A stretch of 64,000 bases of DNA from Flavobacteriales bacterium (GTDB taxonomy: Bacteria; Bacteroidota; Bacteroidia; Flavobacteriales_F; PHOS-HE28). Position numbers and translations under genes: made by a program. Positions within the stretch are counted from its first letter, which is position 1, and each line of letters opens with the position of its first letter. This document shows, one piece after another, positions 1-9,005 of this stretch. The notes under the pieces are model-generated. The model had not been told where the DNA came from. It did not search any database and was given only the letters and a program-made list of their open reading frames with translations. The DNA lies in NCBI GenBank assembly GCA_041747675.1, contig JBGTES010000008.1, positions 2,779-66,778 on the forward strand. Reading direction: 5' to 3'.

Positions 1-174
1 GTCGTTCAGCTGGCTTTCCAGAACGGCTTTACGGCCCGGGTGATAGGCACCGCTGCGGGCCAGGTAGTACGCATAGAAGGGCTCGTCCACCACGCGGGTA
101 TCGGTGCGCTGCGCGAAGCTGTACATCAGCGCCGTGCTCACATTGCGGGGGGTGGAGATCAGGTGGATGCGCAT
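1..174 (-). CDS. Partial CDS (first 58 codons; the gene continues past the left edge), conserved hypothetical protein
   Basis: It is absent from the ORF track because it runs off the window. The reverse complement of 1..174 reads from ATG (complement of 172..174) as MRIHLISTPRNVSTALMYSFAQRTDTRVVDEPFYAYYLARSGAYHPGRKAVLESQLND without a stop. Composition is protein-like, and it is divergent from the kinase gene at 245. Confidence 0.45.
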   Translation of the reverse strand, partial: MRIHLISTPRNVSTALMYSFAQRTDTRVVDEPFYAYYLARSGAYHPGRKAVLESQLND

Positions 175-244
175 GGGGCGAAAAGTAGTGGTCAGCAGGG
201 CATGGCGGACGCCGATCGCTGCGATCGGATACCTTGCCCGCGTC

Positions 245-2149
245 ATGCGAACGTTCCGCGTCCTCCTTTGGATGGCCCTGTTCACCGCCTGTGCATCGCC
301 CACTGTGGAGATGCGGGACGATGGTGTGCGGACGGATACCAGCGGGCAGCACATCGCCGTACGCGCGAATGCGCTTTACCAGCACGGTGCGCAGGACAGC
401 GCGGTAACGCTGATGCACGGCCTGCTTGAAGCACCCTCACAAGAGGTGAGCCCCAAGGCGCGGTTCTCGGCGCACAACATGCTGGGCGTCCATGCGCAGC
501 GGCAGGGCCGCTTCGATGATGGCATCGCGCATCATCACCAGGGGCTGTCGATCTGCCGCGACATGGGCGACCGTGAATGCGAAGGCAGGGCGCACACCAA
601 CCTCTGCATCATCCACCGGATGAAGGGGGACCATGAGGCAGCGCTATTCCACGGTTTCGAGGCCATGCGGATCAAGCATGAACAGGCGGACAGTGCCGGC
701 CTGGCGCGCGCCCACCACAATCTGGCCATGGTTTACCAGGAGCAGGGTGATCTCCAGGCGGCTGATAGTGCACTCGCCATTTCGCTATCCATCAAGGAGC
801 GCATGGGTGATAGTCTGGGCATACAGAACACCCTCTCGGTGATGAGCCTGGTGGCGATCGATCGCGGCGAATACGTCGAGGCCATCGGCATGCTGGAGCG
901 GGCGCGCGGCATCGCGCAGCGGAACTTCCCGGACGAGAACATCGCAGACCTGTATACCAACCTGGGTCTGGCGCAAGAGGGTGCGGGCCAGCGTGGGGAA
1001 GCGATGCGCATGTTCCACCAAGCCCTTGCCGAAGTGGAACGCTTCCCCAACGATGCGCACCGTGCGATCATCATTGGCAACATCGGGCGCATGCTGTTGG
1101 AGGATGGCCGCACCGCCGAAGCCGGACCGTGGCTGGAGGAAAGCCTGACACTGGCCCGCAATGTGGGTTCGTTGCTGGACGAGAAGATCGGTCTTGCCAC
1201 GTTGCTGGCGCAGCGAAAGGCGCAAGGCCGCGATCGCGAGGCGTTGGAACTGAGCGAGGCCCTGTTGGCAGTGAACGATAGCCTGCTGAACGAGCGCAAC
1301 CTGGAGAGCATGAATGAGCTGCGCGTACGCTACGAGACCGAGCGGCATGAGGCGGAGAATCGCCTGCTGCAACAGGAGAATGAGCTGGCAACAGCACGAC
1401 TGCAGCGCCAGCGCACAGTGATCGCTGCGCTGGTGGGAGGTGTGCTGCTGGTGGCCCTGGTGGTGTTGCTGCTGTTGCGCACATGGCGCCGACGCACGGC
1501 CCAACGCATCCTCGAACTGGAGCACCAGGCCTTGCGTGCGCAGATGGATCCACACTTCCTATTCAACGCGCTGAACACCGTGCCTGGGTTGTACCATACG
1601 CATGGTGTTGCACAGGCCACCGATTATGTGGGCCACCTCGGTCAGCTGCTGCGAATGATCCTGGACAGTTCCGCCAAGCGCGTGGTGAGCGTGCGTGAAG
1701 AAGAGGAACTGCTCAACCACTACCTGCAAGTGATGGTCTTCCGGCACCCAGGCCGCTTCACCTACACCATCGAAGTGGATGCCGCGGTCGATGCGGAAGG
1801 CACCGGTCTGCCGCCCATGCTGCTGCAACCACTGGTGGAGAACGCGGTCTTGCACGGAGTGCTCAAGCGTGATGGGGGAGGAGTGGTGCAGGTGTTGTTC
1901 AAACTTGCCGATGCTGACCTGCGCTGCGTGGTACGTGACAACGGCCCCGGCCTGGAGCGCATGCCGGACCTCAAGCCCAACGAGAAACCCTCGGGTCTGC
2001 GCATCACCCATGAACGGATCCGGCTCTCGGATGGACGCCGATCGCGTGGGCGGGGACTTTTGCTGCGCACGCTCCAGGATGAACAGGGCAGCGCCATAGG
2101 CACCGAAGCAGCATTCCAACTCCGTGCGATCGAACTTTGGGACCGATGA
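245..2149 (+). CDS. TPR-repeat sensor histidine kinase, LytS/YehU-type (His_kinase + HATPase_c)
   Basis: From ORF 104..2149. An internal ATG at 245 gives the signal-like N-terminus MRTFRVLLWMALFTACASP. This is followed by TPR-like repeats, a coiled coil and a TM segment (VIAALVGGVLLVALVVLLLL). The LytS-type phosphoacceptor block is RAQMDPHFLFNALNTV, and the ATPase blocks are LLQPLVENAVLHG and DNGPG. Confidence 0.85.
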   Translation: MRTFRVLLWMALFTACASPTVEMRDDGVRTDTSGQHIAVRANALYQHGAQDSAVTLMHGLLEAPSQEVSPKARFSAHNMLGVHAQRQGRFDDGIAHHHQGLSICRDMGDRECEGRAHTNLCIIHRMKGDHEAALFHGFEAMRIKHEQADSAGLARAHHNLAMVYQEQGDLQAADSALAISLSIKERMGDSLGIQNTLSVMSLVAIDRGEYVEAIGMLERARGIAQRNFPDENIADLYTNLGLAQEGAGQRGEAMRMFHQALAEVERFPNDAHRAIIIGNIGRMLLEDGRTAEAGPWLEESLTLARNVGSLLDEKIGLATLLAQRKAQGRDREALELSEALLAVNDSLLNERNLESMNELRVRYETERHEAENRLLQQENELATARLQRQRTVIAALVGGVLLVALVVLLLLRTWRRRTAQRILELEHQALRAQMDPHFLFNALNTVPGLYHTHGVAQATDYVGHLGQLLRMILDSSAKRVVSVREEEELLNHYLQVMVFRHPGRFTYTIEVDAAVDAEGTGLPPMLLQPLVENAVLHGVLKRDGGGVVQVLFKLADADLRCVVRDNGPGLERMPDLKPNEKPSGLRITHERIRLSDGRRSRGRGLLLRTLQDEQGSAIGTEAAFQLRAIELWDR

Positions 2150-2889
2150 TGCGCGTGTTTATCGTTGATGATGAAACCGCTGCGCGACGTGGCCTGTTGG
2201 AAATGGTCAACGCCAGCGGCCTGCCCGTGGAGGTGGTGGGCGAAGCGGGCGATGTGGTCAGCGCCATGGACGGCATCACCACCATACGCCCGGACCTCCT
2301 TCTGCTGGACATCCACCTTGGCCAGGGCAACGGCTTCGATCTGCTGGATCGCCTGGGCGATGCGGCGCCACGCGTGGTCTTCATCACCGCGCACGACCAA
2401 TATGCCGTGCGGGCCTTCCGCCTTGCCGCGGTGGACTACCTGCTGAAGCCCATCACCGGAAGTATGCTGCGCGAAGCACTGACCCGTGCCATGGCGGCAC
2501 AGGGATCCACAACGTTCGCAGTGGACGTACTTCGTGCCAACCGTACCCATCCGGAGGAACCACGCATAGCAGTGCCCGCAGCTGATGGGTTGCACCTTTT
2601 CGATCCACGGCGCATCATCCGCTGCGCTTCAGAAGGCAACTACACCACACTGTGGGATGCCGACGGCCGCCGACTGGTCTGTGCGCGCACGTTGAAAGAC
2701 TTTGACGAGCTGCTCACACCCTTCGGCTTTCTCCGCACCCATGCCAGCCACCTGGTGAACTTGCGCTTTGTGCAGCGATATTCCCCGCGTGATGGCGGTT
2801 TCGTGGAATTGCACGATCACAGCCGCGTGCCTGTGGCCCAACGCAAACGGCAGCAGGTGTTGGATGCGCTGGCCTCACCATCCCGCTGA
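2146..2889 (+). CDS. LytR/AlgR-family response regulator (receiver + LytTR DNA-binding domain)
   Basis: The ATG at 2146 overlaps the kinase stop (ATGA). Receiver motifs are MMRVFIVDDE and LLLLDIHL. The C-terminal LytTR-like region reads IIRCASEGNYTTLW...RTHASHLVNLRFV. Confidence 0.9.
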   Translation: MMRVFIVDDETAARRGLLEMVNASGLPVEVVGEAGDVVSAMDGITTIRPDLLLLDIHLGQGNGFDLLDRLGDAAPRVVFITAHDQYAVRAFRLAAVDYLLKPITGSMLREALTRAMAAQGSTTFAVDVLRANRTHPEEPRIAVPAADGLHLFDPRRIIRCASEGNYTTLWDADGRRLVCARTLKDFDELLTPFGFLRTHASHLVNLRFVQRYSPRDGGFVELHDHSRVPVAQRKRQQVLDALASPSR

Positions 2890-3006
2890 GCACATCGATC
2901 TAGCGACGGGGGCCTGCGAACGATCGATCATACGCTGCACCGGACACGCCATGCCTAGGGTGTCCTTATTCTTGTTGCATCACAGTTGAACATTACTGCT
3001 CCGATC

Positions 3007-4431
3007 ATGAACAGACTCTCCGCGACCTTCCTGATCCTCGTCTCCCTCGCATATCGTCCGGTCTCAGCCCAGGAACTGATGCCTCTGACCCTGGAGTTCC
3101 TGGTGAACCAGCACATCCCCAACCAGCAGACCTTCCCCCATGTAGTGAGCGGTGAGGATGGAGAGTACGTGATCGCGTGGCGCAGTTGGAGCCAGGGCGG
3201 CAGCAATGGCAGCATCTGGGCAAGGCGCTACGGTGCCGACCACCAGCCGCTGACGGATGAGTTCCAAGTGGCCTCCGCACTCGGTACGGCAAGCCGGCCC
3301 TACGTGTACTACTGGAAGGAGAACCGCTATGTGATCGTGTGGACCACCGGCGTGGAACCGGGCAACTGCAGCATGCGTGTACTGAATGCTGATGATACGC
3401 TCGGTGACACGTACATCCTCGGCGTTCCGCATGACCAGGATATGAATATCCGGGGCGATGAGCTGCTGGTGGCCTATACCTCCAGCCAACACATCCGCTT
3501 ACGCAAGTGGGACCTGCTGACCAATGATTGGATGGGTGCAGCGGTGCAGGCCAGCGAAACACCGAACGCCAACTATCAGTTACCACAGGTGCGCTGGACC
3601 AGCACGGGCGGTATCGTCACTGTCTATCGCGGCAACTCCCCCTCGCCACACGGACTCTACCGCAAGACCTTCAATGCCAACCTGCTGGCACAGACACCCG
3701 AGTTCAGCATACATACCCAGAGTGGGTCGCTGGGTGTGATCAACCTCTCCATCAATTCCCTGGTCCAACTCCTCATTTATGTGCGCTACGGCGTGAACGG
3801 TATCGACGTTTTCCGCAGTTGGGTGTTGGATGCGCAGGGCAACACACTTGTGGAAGGTTTTGGCAATATGAGCGCGCCCTATGCCTACTACTACACGGAT
3901 TGTGAGCTGTACGACAACGGCAACGTGGTGCTCACGAACAATTACAAGACTTCGCTCAATGACCCGCTGGACTATTGCGTACGCGCGAATTATGCGCTCT
4001 ACCTGGGCGCGCCCAGCACAGGTTATCAATTCGCCACTACCACCACCAGCGGCCCGCAGCGCTATCCGGCAGTGACCAAACTGCCCAACGAAGGATTCCT
4101 CGTGGTCTGGAATGGCAATGGATTCCAAGGAGATGATGACGGCGTCTACGCACGGGCTTACGCAGCTGCGGATTTCCCAACCGCGGCGCCGGAGCGTGAA
4201 GGACTGGCTTTCGAGGCCTACCCAAATCCCTTCCGTGATCGTCTGGTGGTGAGCATGGAGGAGCCCGGTCCGTTACAGGTCTTCGATGCCACCGGCCGCC
4301 TGGTGCATACGGAACGCCTGGTGGGAGGCCCCAATTCGTTACCACTTGAAGAACTATCGCCTGGGACCTACCTGCTGGTCTGGCATGCGGCGAATGGCGT
4401 CAGACTGACGCACCGTGTGATCAAGAATTAG
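3007..4431 (+). CDS. Secreted repeat (beta-propeller-like) protein with T9SS C-terminal sorting domain, paralog A
   Basis: Signal peptide is MNRLSATFLILVSLAYRPVSAQ. Hydrophobic strand motifs recur about every 45-50 aa (YVIAWRSW, YVIVWTTG, LLVAYTSS, IVTVYRGN, LLIYVRYG, VVLTNNY, FLVVWNGNG). The C-terminus YPNPFRDRLVVSMEE...GTYLLVWHAANGVRLTHRVIKN is typical of T9SS CTDs. Confidence 0.85.
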   Translation: MNRLSATFLILVSLAYRPVSAQELMPLTLEFLVNQHIPNQQTFPHVVSGEDGEYVIAWRSWSQGGSNGSIWARRYGADHQPLTDEFQVASALGTASRPYVYYWKENRYVIVWTTGVEPGNCSMRVLNADDTLGDTYILGVPHDQDMNIRGDELLVAYTSSQHIRLRKWDLLTNDWMGAAVQASETPNANYQLPQVRWTSTGGIVTVYRGNSPSPHGLYRKTFNANLLAQTPEFSIHTQSGSLGVINLSINSLVQLLIYVRYGVNGIDVFRSWVLDAQGNTLVEGFGNMSAPYAYYYTDCELYDNGNVVLTNNYKTSLNDPLDYCVRANYALYLGAPSTGYQFATTTTSGPQRYPAVTKLPNEGFLVVWNGNGFQGDDDGVYARAYAAADFPTAAPEREGLAFEAYPNPFRDRLVVSMEEPGPLQVFDATGRLVHTERLVGGPNSLPLEELSPGTYLLVWHAANGVRLTHRVIKN

Positions 4432-4494
4432 CCCACCATCCTTGCCAAGGACCATGATCAGGCGTAGCCCGGCATACGGCAAACCCTCGCAACA

Positions 4495-5916
4495 ATGAAC
4501 CATCATCTCGCGCTCCTCCTTCCAGTCGCACTGTCCATTGTGGTCCAATGCCATTGTGCAAGGGCCCAGGAACTGGTACCCCTCACCATGGAATTCCTCG
4601 TCAACCAGCACATACCAGGGGACCAGGCATATCCCCACGTGGTGAGCGGTGATGATGACACCTACGTCATCGTCTGGCGCAGTTGGGGCCAGCACGGCAG
4701 TGGAGGCAGCGTTCTGGCGCGCCGCTATGATGCCAGCCACACGGCGCTTACGGATGAGATCCTTGTAAGTACCGGCCTGGGCAGCTCGGACCAGGCGCGT
4801 GTGTATCGTTGGAGCGAGGGGCGTTTTGTGATCGTGTGGAGCATCGGCGGCAGCAAGAGTTTTCGTGTAATGCAAGCGGACAACTCCCTGGGGGATGTCC
4901 ATGGATTGCCCATCGGTGTGGAGTATGATATCGACATCGACAACGATATGCTGGTCGCAGCGTACCGTTCCCAGCCACACATTTATGTCCGCAAGTGGGA
5001 CCTGCTGACCAATGCATGGACGGGGAGCGCCGTGCAGGTCAGTGAGGCACCTGCGGACAACTACCAGTTACCGCAGGTGCGGTGGACCAGCACAGGTAGC
5101 ATAGTGATCATCTATAAGCGTAACGTCAGCCCACAACACATCTACAGAAAGACCTTCAATGCCGCTCTGCTCGCACAGACCCCTGAGACCAGCGTTTACA
5201 CACAGGGTGGTTCGCTGGGGGCGATCACGGTTTCCATCAATGCCCAGGACCAGTTGCTCATCTACACCCGCTGGGGCGTGAATGGTCCGAGTGTCTTCCG
5301 TGGGTTGGTGCTGGATGCCACCGGAGATGTTCTCGTGGACTACGTCGGGGGTGCGGGCGCCCCGTACGCGTACCCGTACACCGACTGCGAACTGTACGAC
5401 AATGGTTCATTGGTGTTGACCAACAACTACAAGACGAGTCTGGATGATCCCTTGGACTATTGCGTGCGTGTCAACTACGCCATGTACCTGGGCGCACCGA
5501 GCACGGGCTTCCAGTTCGCCACCACCACCACGAGCGGCCCGCAGCGCTTTCCGGCGGTGACCAAGCTGCCCAACGAGGGATTCCTGGTGGTGTGGACCGG
5601 CAACGGCTTCCAGGGTGATGATGAAGGCGTCTACGCTCGGGCATTCGCTGCTGCGGACTTCCCAACCGCAGCGCCGGAGCATGAGGGGCTGGCTTTCGAG
5701 GCCTATCCGAATCCCTTCCGTGATCGCCTGGTGGTGAGCCTGGAAGAGCCGGGTCCGCTGCAGGTGTTCGATGCCACCGGCCGCGTGGTGCATACCGAAC
5801 GCATGGTGGCCGGGCCCAATGCGTTCCCGCTGGAGCAGTTGGCGTCGGGCACTTACTTGTTGGTATGGCACGCGGCGAATGGTACGCGCCTCACGCACCG
5901 GGTGGTGAAGGAGTGA
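4495..5916 (+). CDS. Secreted repeat (beta-propeller-like) protein with T9SS C-terminal sorting domain, paralog B
   Basis: It is colinear with the upstream gene over its whole length. Signal peptide is MNHHLALLLPVALSIVVQCHCARAQ. The last ~165 aa are nearly identical to paralog A (NNYKTSLDDPLDYCVR...YPNPFRDRLVVSLEE...). Confidence 0.85.
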   Translation: MNHHLALLLPVALSIVVQCHCARAQELVPLTMEFLVNQHIPGDQAYPHVVSGDDDTYVIVWRSWGQHGSGGSVLARRYDASHTALTDEILVSTGLGSSDQARVYRWSEGRFVIVWSIGGSKSFRVMQADNSLGDVHGLPIGVEYDIDIDNDMLVAAYRSQPHIYVRKWDLLTNAWTGSAVQVSEAPADNYQLPQVRWTSTGSIVIIYKRNVSPQHIYRKTFNAALLAQTPETSVYTQGGSLGAITVSINAQDQLLIYTRWGVNGPSVFRGLVLDATGDVLVDYVGGAGAPYAYPYTDCELYDNGSLVLTNNYKTSLDDPLDYCVRVNYAMYLGAPSTGFQFATTTTSGPQRFPAVTKLPNEGFLVVWTGNGFQGDDEGVYARAFAAADFPTAAPEHEGLAFEAYPNPFRDRLVVSLEEPGPLQVFDATGRVVHTERMVAGPNAFPLEQLASGTYLLVWHAANGTRLTHRVVKE

Positions 5917-6478
5917 GCCCTTCCCCCGGCTCGTTCGCCAACCTGCTCCACAGGTAGGTGTCCAGCCAGCGGCCCTTCCACAGAACGTTCTCCCGCAAAT
6001 GCGCTTCGCATGTGAAACCGTGCCGTTCCAACAACCGGTTGCTCGCTTCGTTCAGTGGATCGGTGTCCGCTTCGATGCGGTGGAACCCGATGACCCGGAA
6101 GCCGTGCTCCACAACAGCATCCAGCGCTTCGCCCATCAGACCCTTGCCCCAGTGATCGGGGTGGAGTATATAGCCCACCTCACCGCCGTGGTGTTCCTTC
6201 TTCAGTCGGTAGAATCCAATAGTGCCGATCAATGTGCGATCCCCTCGCAACTGTATGGCCCATGAGATGCCATTCTCCTCCATCAGATCTTTCTGGATCG
6301 AATCGATCAGCTTTTCCGCGTCGGCTTGTGTGGTGGCCCTGGGACGGGCGAGATGTCGCATCACACGCTCATCATTGCGCATGGTGAAGAGGGCCGGCGC
6401 ATCATCCATGTGGAAGGCGCGCAGCCGCAGCCTCGGCGTATCCAGTTCCAGAAAGGGGAGCAAACGCAGGTCTCCCAT
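5891..6478 (-). CDS. GNAT family N-acetyltransferase (RimJ/RimL-like)
   Basis: Typical N-terminus LETPRLRLRAFHMDDAPALFTMRNDERVMRHL. The acetyl-CoA pocket region reads HPDHWGKGLMGEALDAVVEHGF. The 3' end overlaps the convergent gene by 26 nt. Confidence 0.8.
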   Translation of the reverse strand: MGDLRLLPFLELDTPRLRLRAFHMDDAPALFTMRNDERVMRHLARPRATTQADAEKLIDSIQKDLMEENGISWAIQLRGDRTLIGTIGFYRLKKEHHGGEVGYILHPDHWGKGLMGEALDAVVEHGFRVIGFHRIEADTDPLNEASNRLLERHGFTCEAHLRENVLWKGRWLDTYLWSRLANEPGEGLTPSPPGA

Positions 6479-6484
6479 GGATGC

Positions 6485-6910
6485 TCAGCCTTGTTCCGGC
6501 TCGCCGTAGGAGATCATCCAGTTGATCCCGAAGCGGTCGGTGACCATGGCGAAGAGCCTGGCCCAGAAAGTGGGTTCGAGCTCCATGCTCACCTGGCCGC
6601 CTTCGCTCAGCGCATCGTACAGGCGGCGGGCCTCTTCGGGGCTCTTCGCATCCAGGGAGAGATGGACGTTGTTGCCCGCATTGAACGGCGGGCCGAAACC
6701 TTCGGGTGCATCGCTTCCCATGAGGAAGTCGCTGCCGTTGCGGGCCAGGGTCACGTGCATCAATTTGTCCGCGTAGCCTTCGGGTACGGGCACATCGGGG
6801 GGCATCTCGGAGAAGCGGCCCAGGTAGCTGATGGAAGCCCCGAAGACCTTGCTGTAGAAGTTGAAGGCTTCCTCGCAATTGCCGGCGAAATTCAGATAGG
6901 GGGTGACCAT
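6485..6910 (-). CDS. VOC / PhnB-like (3-demethylubiquinone-9 3-methyltransferase domain) protein
   Basis: The internal ATG at 6910 gives MVTPYLNFAGNCEEAFNFYSKVFG...DRFGINWMI, the characteristic PhnB/VOC family signature. Confidence 0.75.
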   Translation of the reverse strand: MVTPYLNFAGNCEEAFNFYSKVFGASISYLGRFSEMPPDVPVPEGYADKLMHVTLARNGSDFLMGSDAPEGFGPPFNAGNNVHLSLDAKSPEEARRLYDALSEGGQVSMELEPTFWARLFAMVTDRFGINWMISYGEPEQG

Positions 6911-6984
6911 GCGATGCGAGATCTGTGGGCAATATAGCCCGGCGTAAGCTGGATGGAGGTCTACATTCTGAAGCACTCCAGGCC

Positions 6985-7935
6985 TCAGTGATTCCCCTGT
7001 GCCGCCAGCCAGCGCTCAGCATCGAGCGCGGCCATACAACCGGTGCCAGCACTCGTTACGGCCTGGCGATACACCTTGTCGGCGGCATCGCCCGCTACGA
7101 ACACCCCGGGCACATTGGTGTACGTGCTATCCGGTCTATGCTTGATATATCCTTGTGCATCCATGTCCAGCTGCCCTTTGAAGATCTCCGTGGCGGGCGT
7201 GTGGCCAATGGCCAGGAATAGGCCGGTGACATGCAGGCGGCTTTCCTCACCGGTCATGTTGTTCACGATGGTAAGGCCCTCCACGACATGCTCGCCCAGC
7301 ACATCCTTCACCTCGGTATTGAACATCACTTCGATGTTGGGTGTGTTCAATACGCGATGCACCATGGCCTTGCTGGCCTTGAACTCGTCCTTCCGCACCA
7401 GCATGTACACCTTGGGGCAGAGCTTGGCCAGGTAGGTGGCCTCTTCGCAGGCGCTATCGCCGGCACCCACCAGTGCCACGGTCTGGCCCTTGTAGAAAAA
7501 GCCGTCGCACACGGCGCAGGCAGTTACACCGCCGCCTGCATCGCGGAGGCGGATCTCGTTGGGAAGGCCCAGCCACTTGGCGTTGGCACCGGTGCTGATG
7601 ATCACCGTATCCGCATGGATCTCCGTCTTCTCGTCCACCCAGACCATGTGTACGTCGCCGCCCAATTCCACCTTGGTCACCCAGCCGTGGCGCACATCGG
7701 TCTCGAAGCGCTGGGCCTGTTTTTTCAGGTCCTCCATCATCTCAGGCCCGGTGCGGCCATTCGGATAACCTGGGTAGTTGTCCACCTCGGTGGTCTGTGT
7801 CAGCTGGCCGCCGGGCAAAGGCCCTTCATAGAGCACCGGCTTCAAGTCGGCACGAGCGGCATAGATGGCTGCTGAATAGCCTGCGGGTCCCGATCCGATG
7901 ATCAGGCATTTCACATGTTCTGGTCGTTCGCTCAT
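6985..7935 (-). CDS. trxB: Thioredoxin-disulfide reductase
   Basis: Start MSERPEHVKCLIIGSGPAGYSAAIYAARA (FAD GxGxxG). Redox-active CAVCDG is present, as is the NADPH-site motif GAGDSACEEA. The ORF-track N-terminal extension to 8058 is unlikely to be real. Confidence 0.92.
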   Translation of the reverse strand: MSERPEHVKCLIIGSGPAGYSAAIYAARADLKPVLYEGPLPGGQLTQTTEVDNYPGYPNGRTGPEMMEDLKKQAQRFETDVRHGWVTKVELGGDVHMVWVDEKTEIHADTVIISTGANAKWLGLPNEIRLRDAGGGVTACAVCDGFFYKGQTVALVGAGDSACEEATYLAKLCPKVYMLVRKDEFKASKAMVHRVLNTPNIEVMFNTEVKDVLGEHVVEGLTIVNNMTGEESRLHVTGLFLAIGHTPATEIFKGQLDMDAQGYIKHRPDSTYTNVPGVFVAGDAADKVYRQAVTSAGTGCMAALDAERWLAAQGNH

Positions 7936-8045
7936 GGTCGCTACGGAAGGCCCCCTACTGGTCAGGAGGATGCAAAGGTACCTTGACGGGGGTAGTGGAC
8001 CTGTGATACATGTCACGGCACAAGTGGATCTGCTCCACCGTGGTA

Positions 8046-9005
8046 TCAGGGCACACACACCACCGTATCGTACCGCACACCCCAGCCGGCCCAGATCCCC
8101 AGGCCGCCGTTGATGTTGCCCATCGCATTGGCGGGGTTGCTGAACACATCGCCCTGGGTGGCGACATTGTTCTGGAAGCTGTTGTAGAAGGTGAATTCAT
8201 CCACCCCGATGCTCACGAACTTCACGGCAACGGTATCGCCCACCTTGAAGAATCCGCGCTCCTCGTTGTTGTCATCATCGGCCTCGCTGAAGGGCAGAGC
8301 CCCGCGGTTGAAGTTGAAGTCGATCGTGAGGCCATTGATGTAGCGATCCTCGAACACCGAAAAGAACGGTGGCACGAAGCCTCCATCCTTGTCACCATTG
8401 AGTCGTTTGGCGAGCCAGCGATAACTGTTCCCGATGGTGTCCGGATCGCTCAGGCGTGCCCAGATGAAGCCCAGGGTATCGTCGTCCGGACGTTGCATGG
8501 CCAATCGGAACCAAAGGGAGTCCAGTGCCACGGCGTTCGGTATGGTGGTGATGGCGCTGAGACTTTTCCCATCGGCCTGCACATCCAGCCTGTAGGTGCG
8601 GCCTTCCTCGCCCTGCATATCCAGTTTGGTCCAGATGCAGATGTTGGCCGCAGCGAGCAATGCGGCGTCGATGCCGATGGCGGCGGCGGCTTCCTCCAGC
8701 AGCGAATCGGGAATAAGGTCGCTGCAGATGCGGTCCAGCACATGGATGGTGGAACCATCATCAATGGTGACCACCGCTTCGCTGATGAAGCTGGCGGCGA
8801 TGGAGGCGACGCTGGTCTCCGCGAAGTAGCTCTGTGTGCGGGTGAGGATCACCAACGGTGGCTGGCCGCTCTCAATGGTGCCTTCCACCACCACCTTGGG
8901 TTCGGTGATGGGCAGGTCCACGGTGATCTCCTTTTCGCAGGCCTGGAGCATCAGGGCACCGAGCGCAATGGCTGGCAGGAGGCGATTTGTGTTCAAGTGG
9001 ATCAT
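8046..9005 (-). CDS. DUF4249-like lipoprotein (partner of the upstream TonB-dependent receptor)
   Basis: Lipoprotein-type signal ALGALMLQACEKE is followed by VVEGTIESGQPPLVILTRTQSYF, typical of DUF4249. The start abuts the stop of the receptor gene at 9005. Confidence 0.65.
   Translation of the reverse strand: MIHLNTNRLLPAIALGALMLQACEKEITVDLPITEPKVVVEGTIESGQPPLVILTRTQSYFAETSVASIAASFISEAVVTIDDGSTIHVLDRICSDLIPDSLLEEAAAAIGIDAALLAAANICIWTKLDMQGEEGRTYRLDVQADGKSLSAITTIPNAVALDSLWFRLAMQRPDDDTLGFIWARLSDPDTIGNSYRWLAKRLNGDKDGGFVPPFFSVFEDRYINGLTIDFNFNRGALPFSEADDDNNEERGFFKVGDTVAVKFVSIGVDEFTFYNSFQNNVATQGDVFSNPANAMGNINGGLGIWAGWGVRYDTVVCVP

Noticed and set aside
104-244. N-terminal extensions appear in the ORF track for many genes, for example 104..244, 7936..8058, 11417..11716, 34572..35276, 35717..36418, 52072..52350 and 61161..61340.
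   Set aside because: The extensions have non-protein-like composition and often begin with alternative start codons. They overlap neighbouring genes or intergenic DNA. Internal starts yield proper signal peptides or canonical family N-termini.
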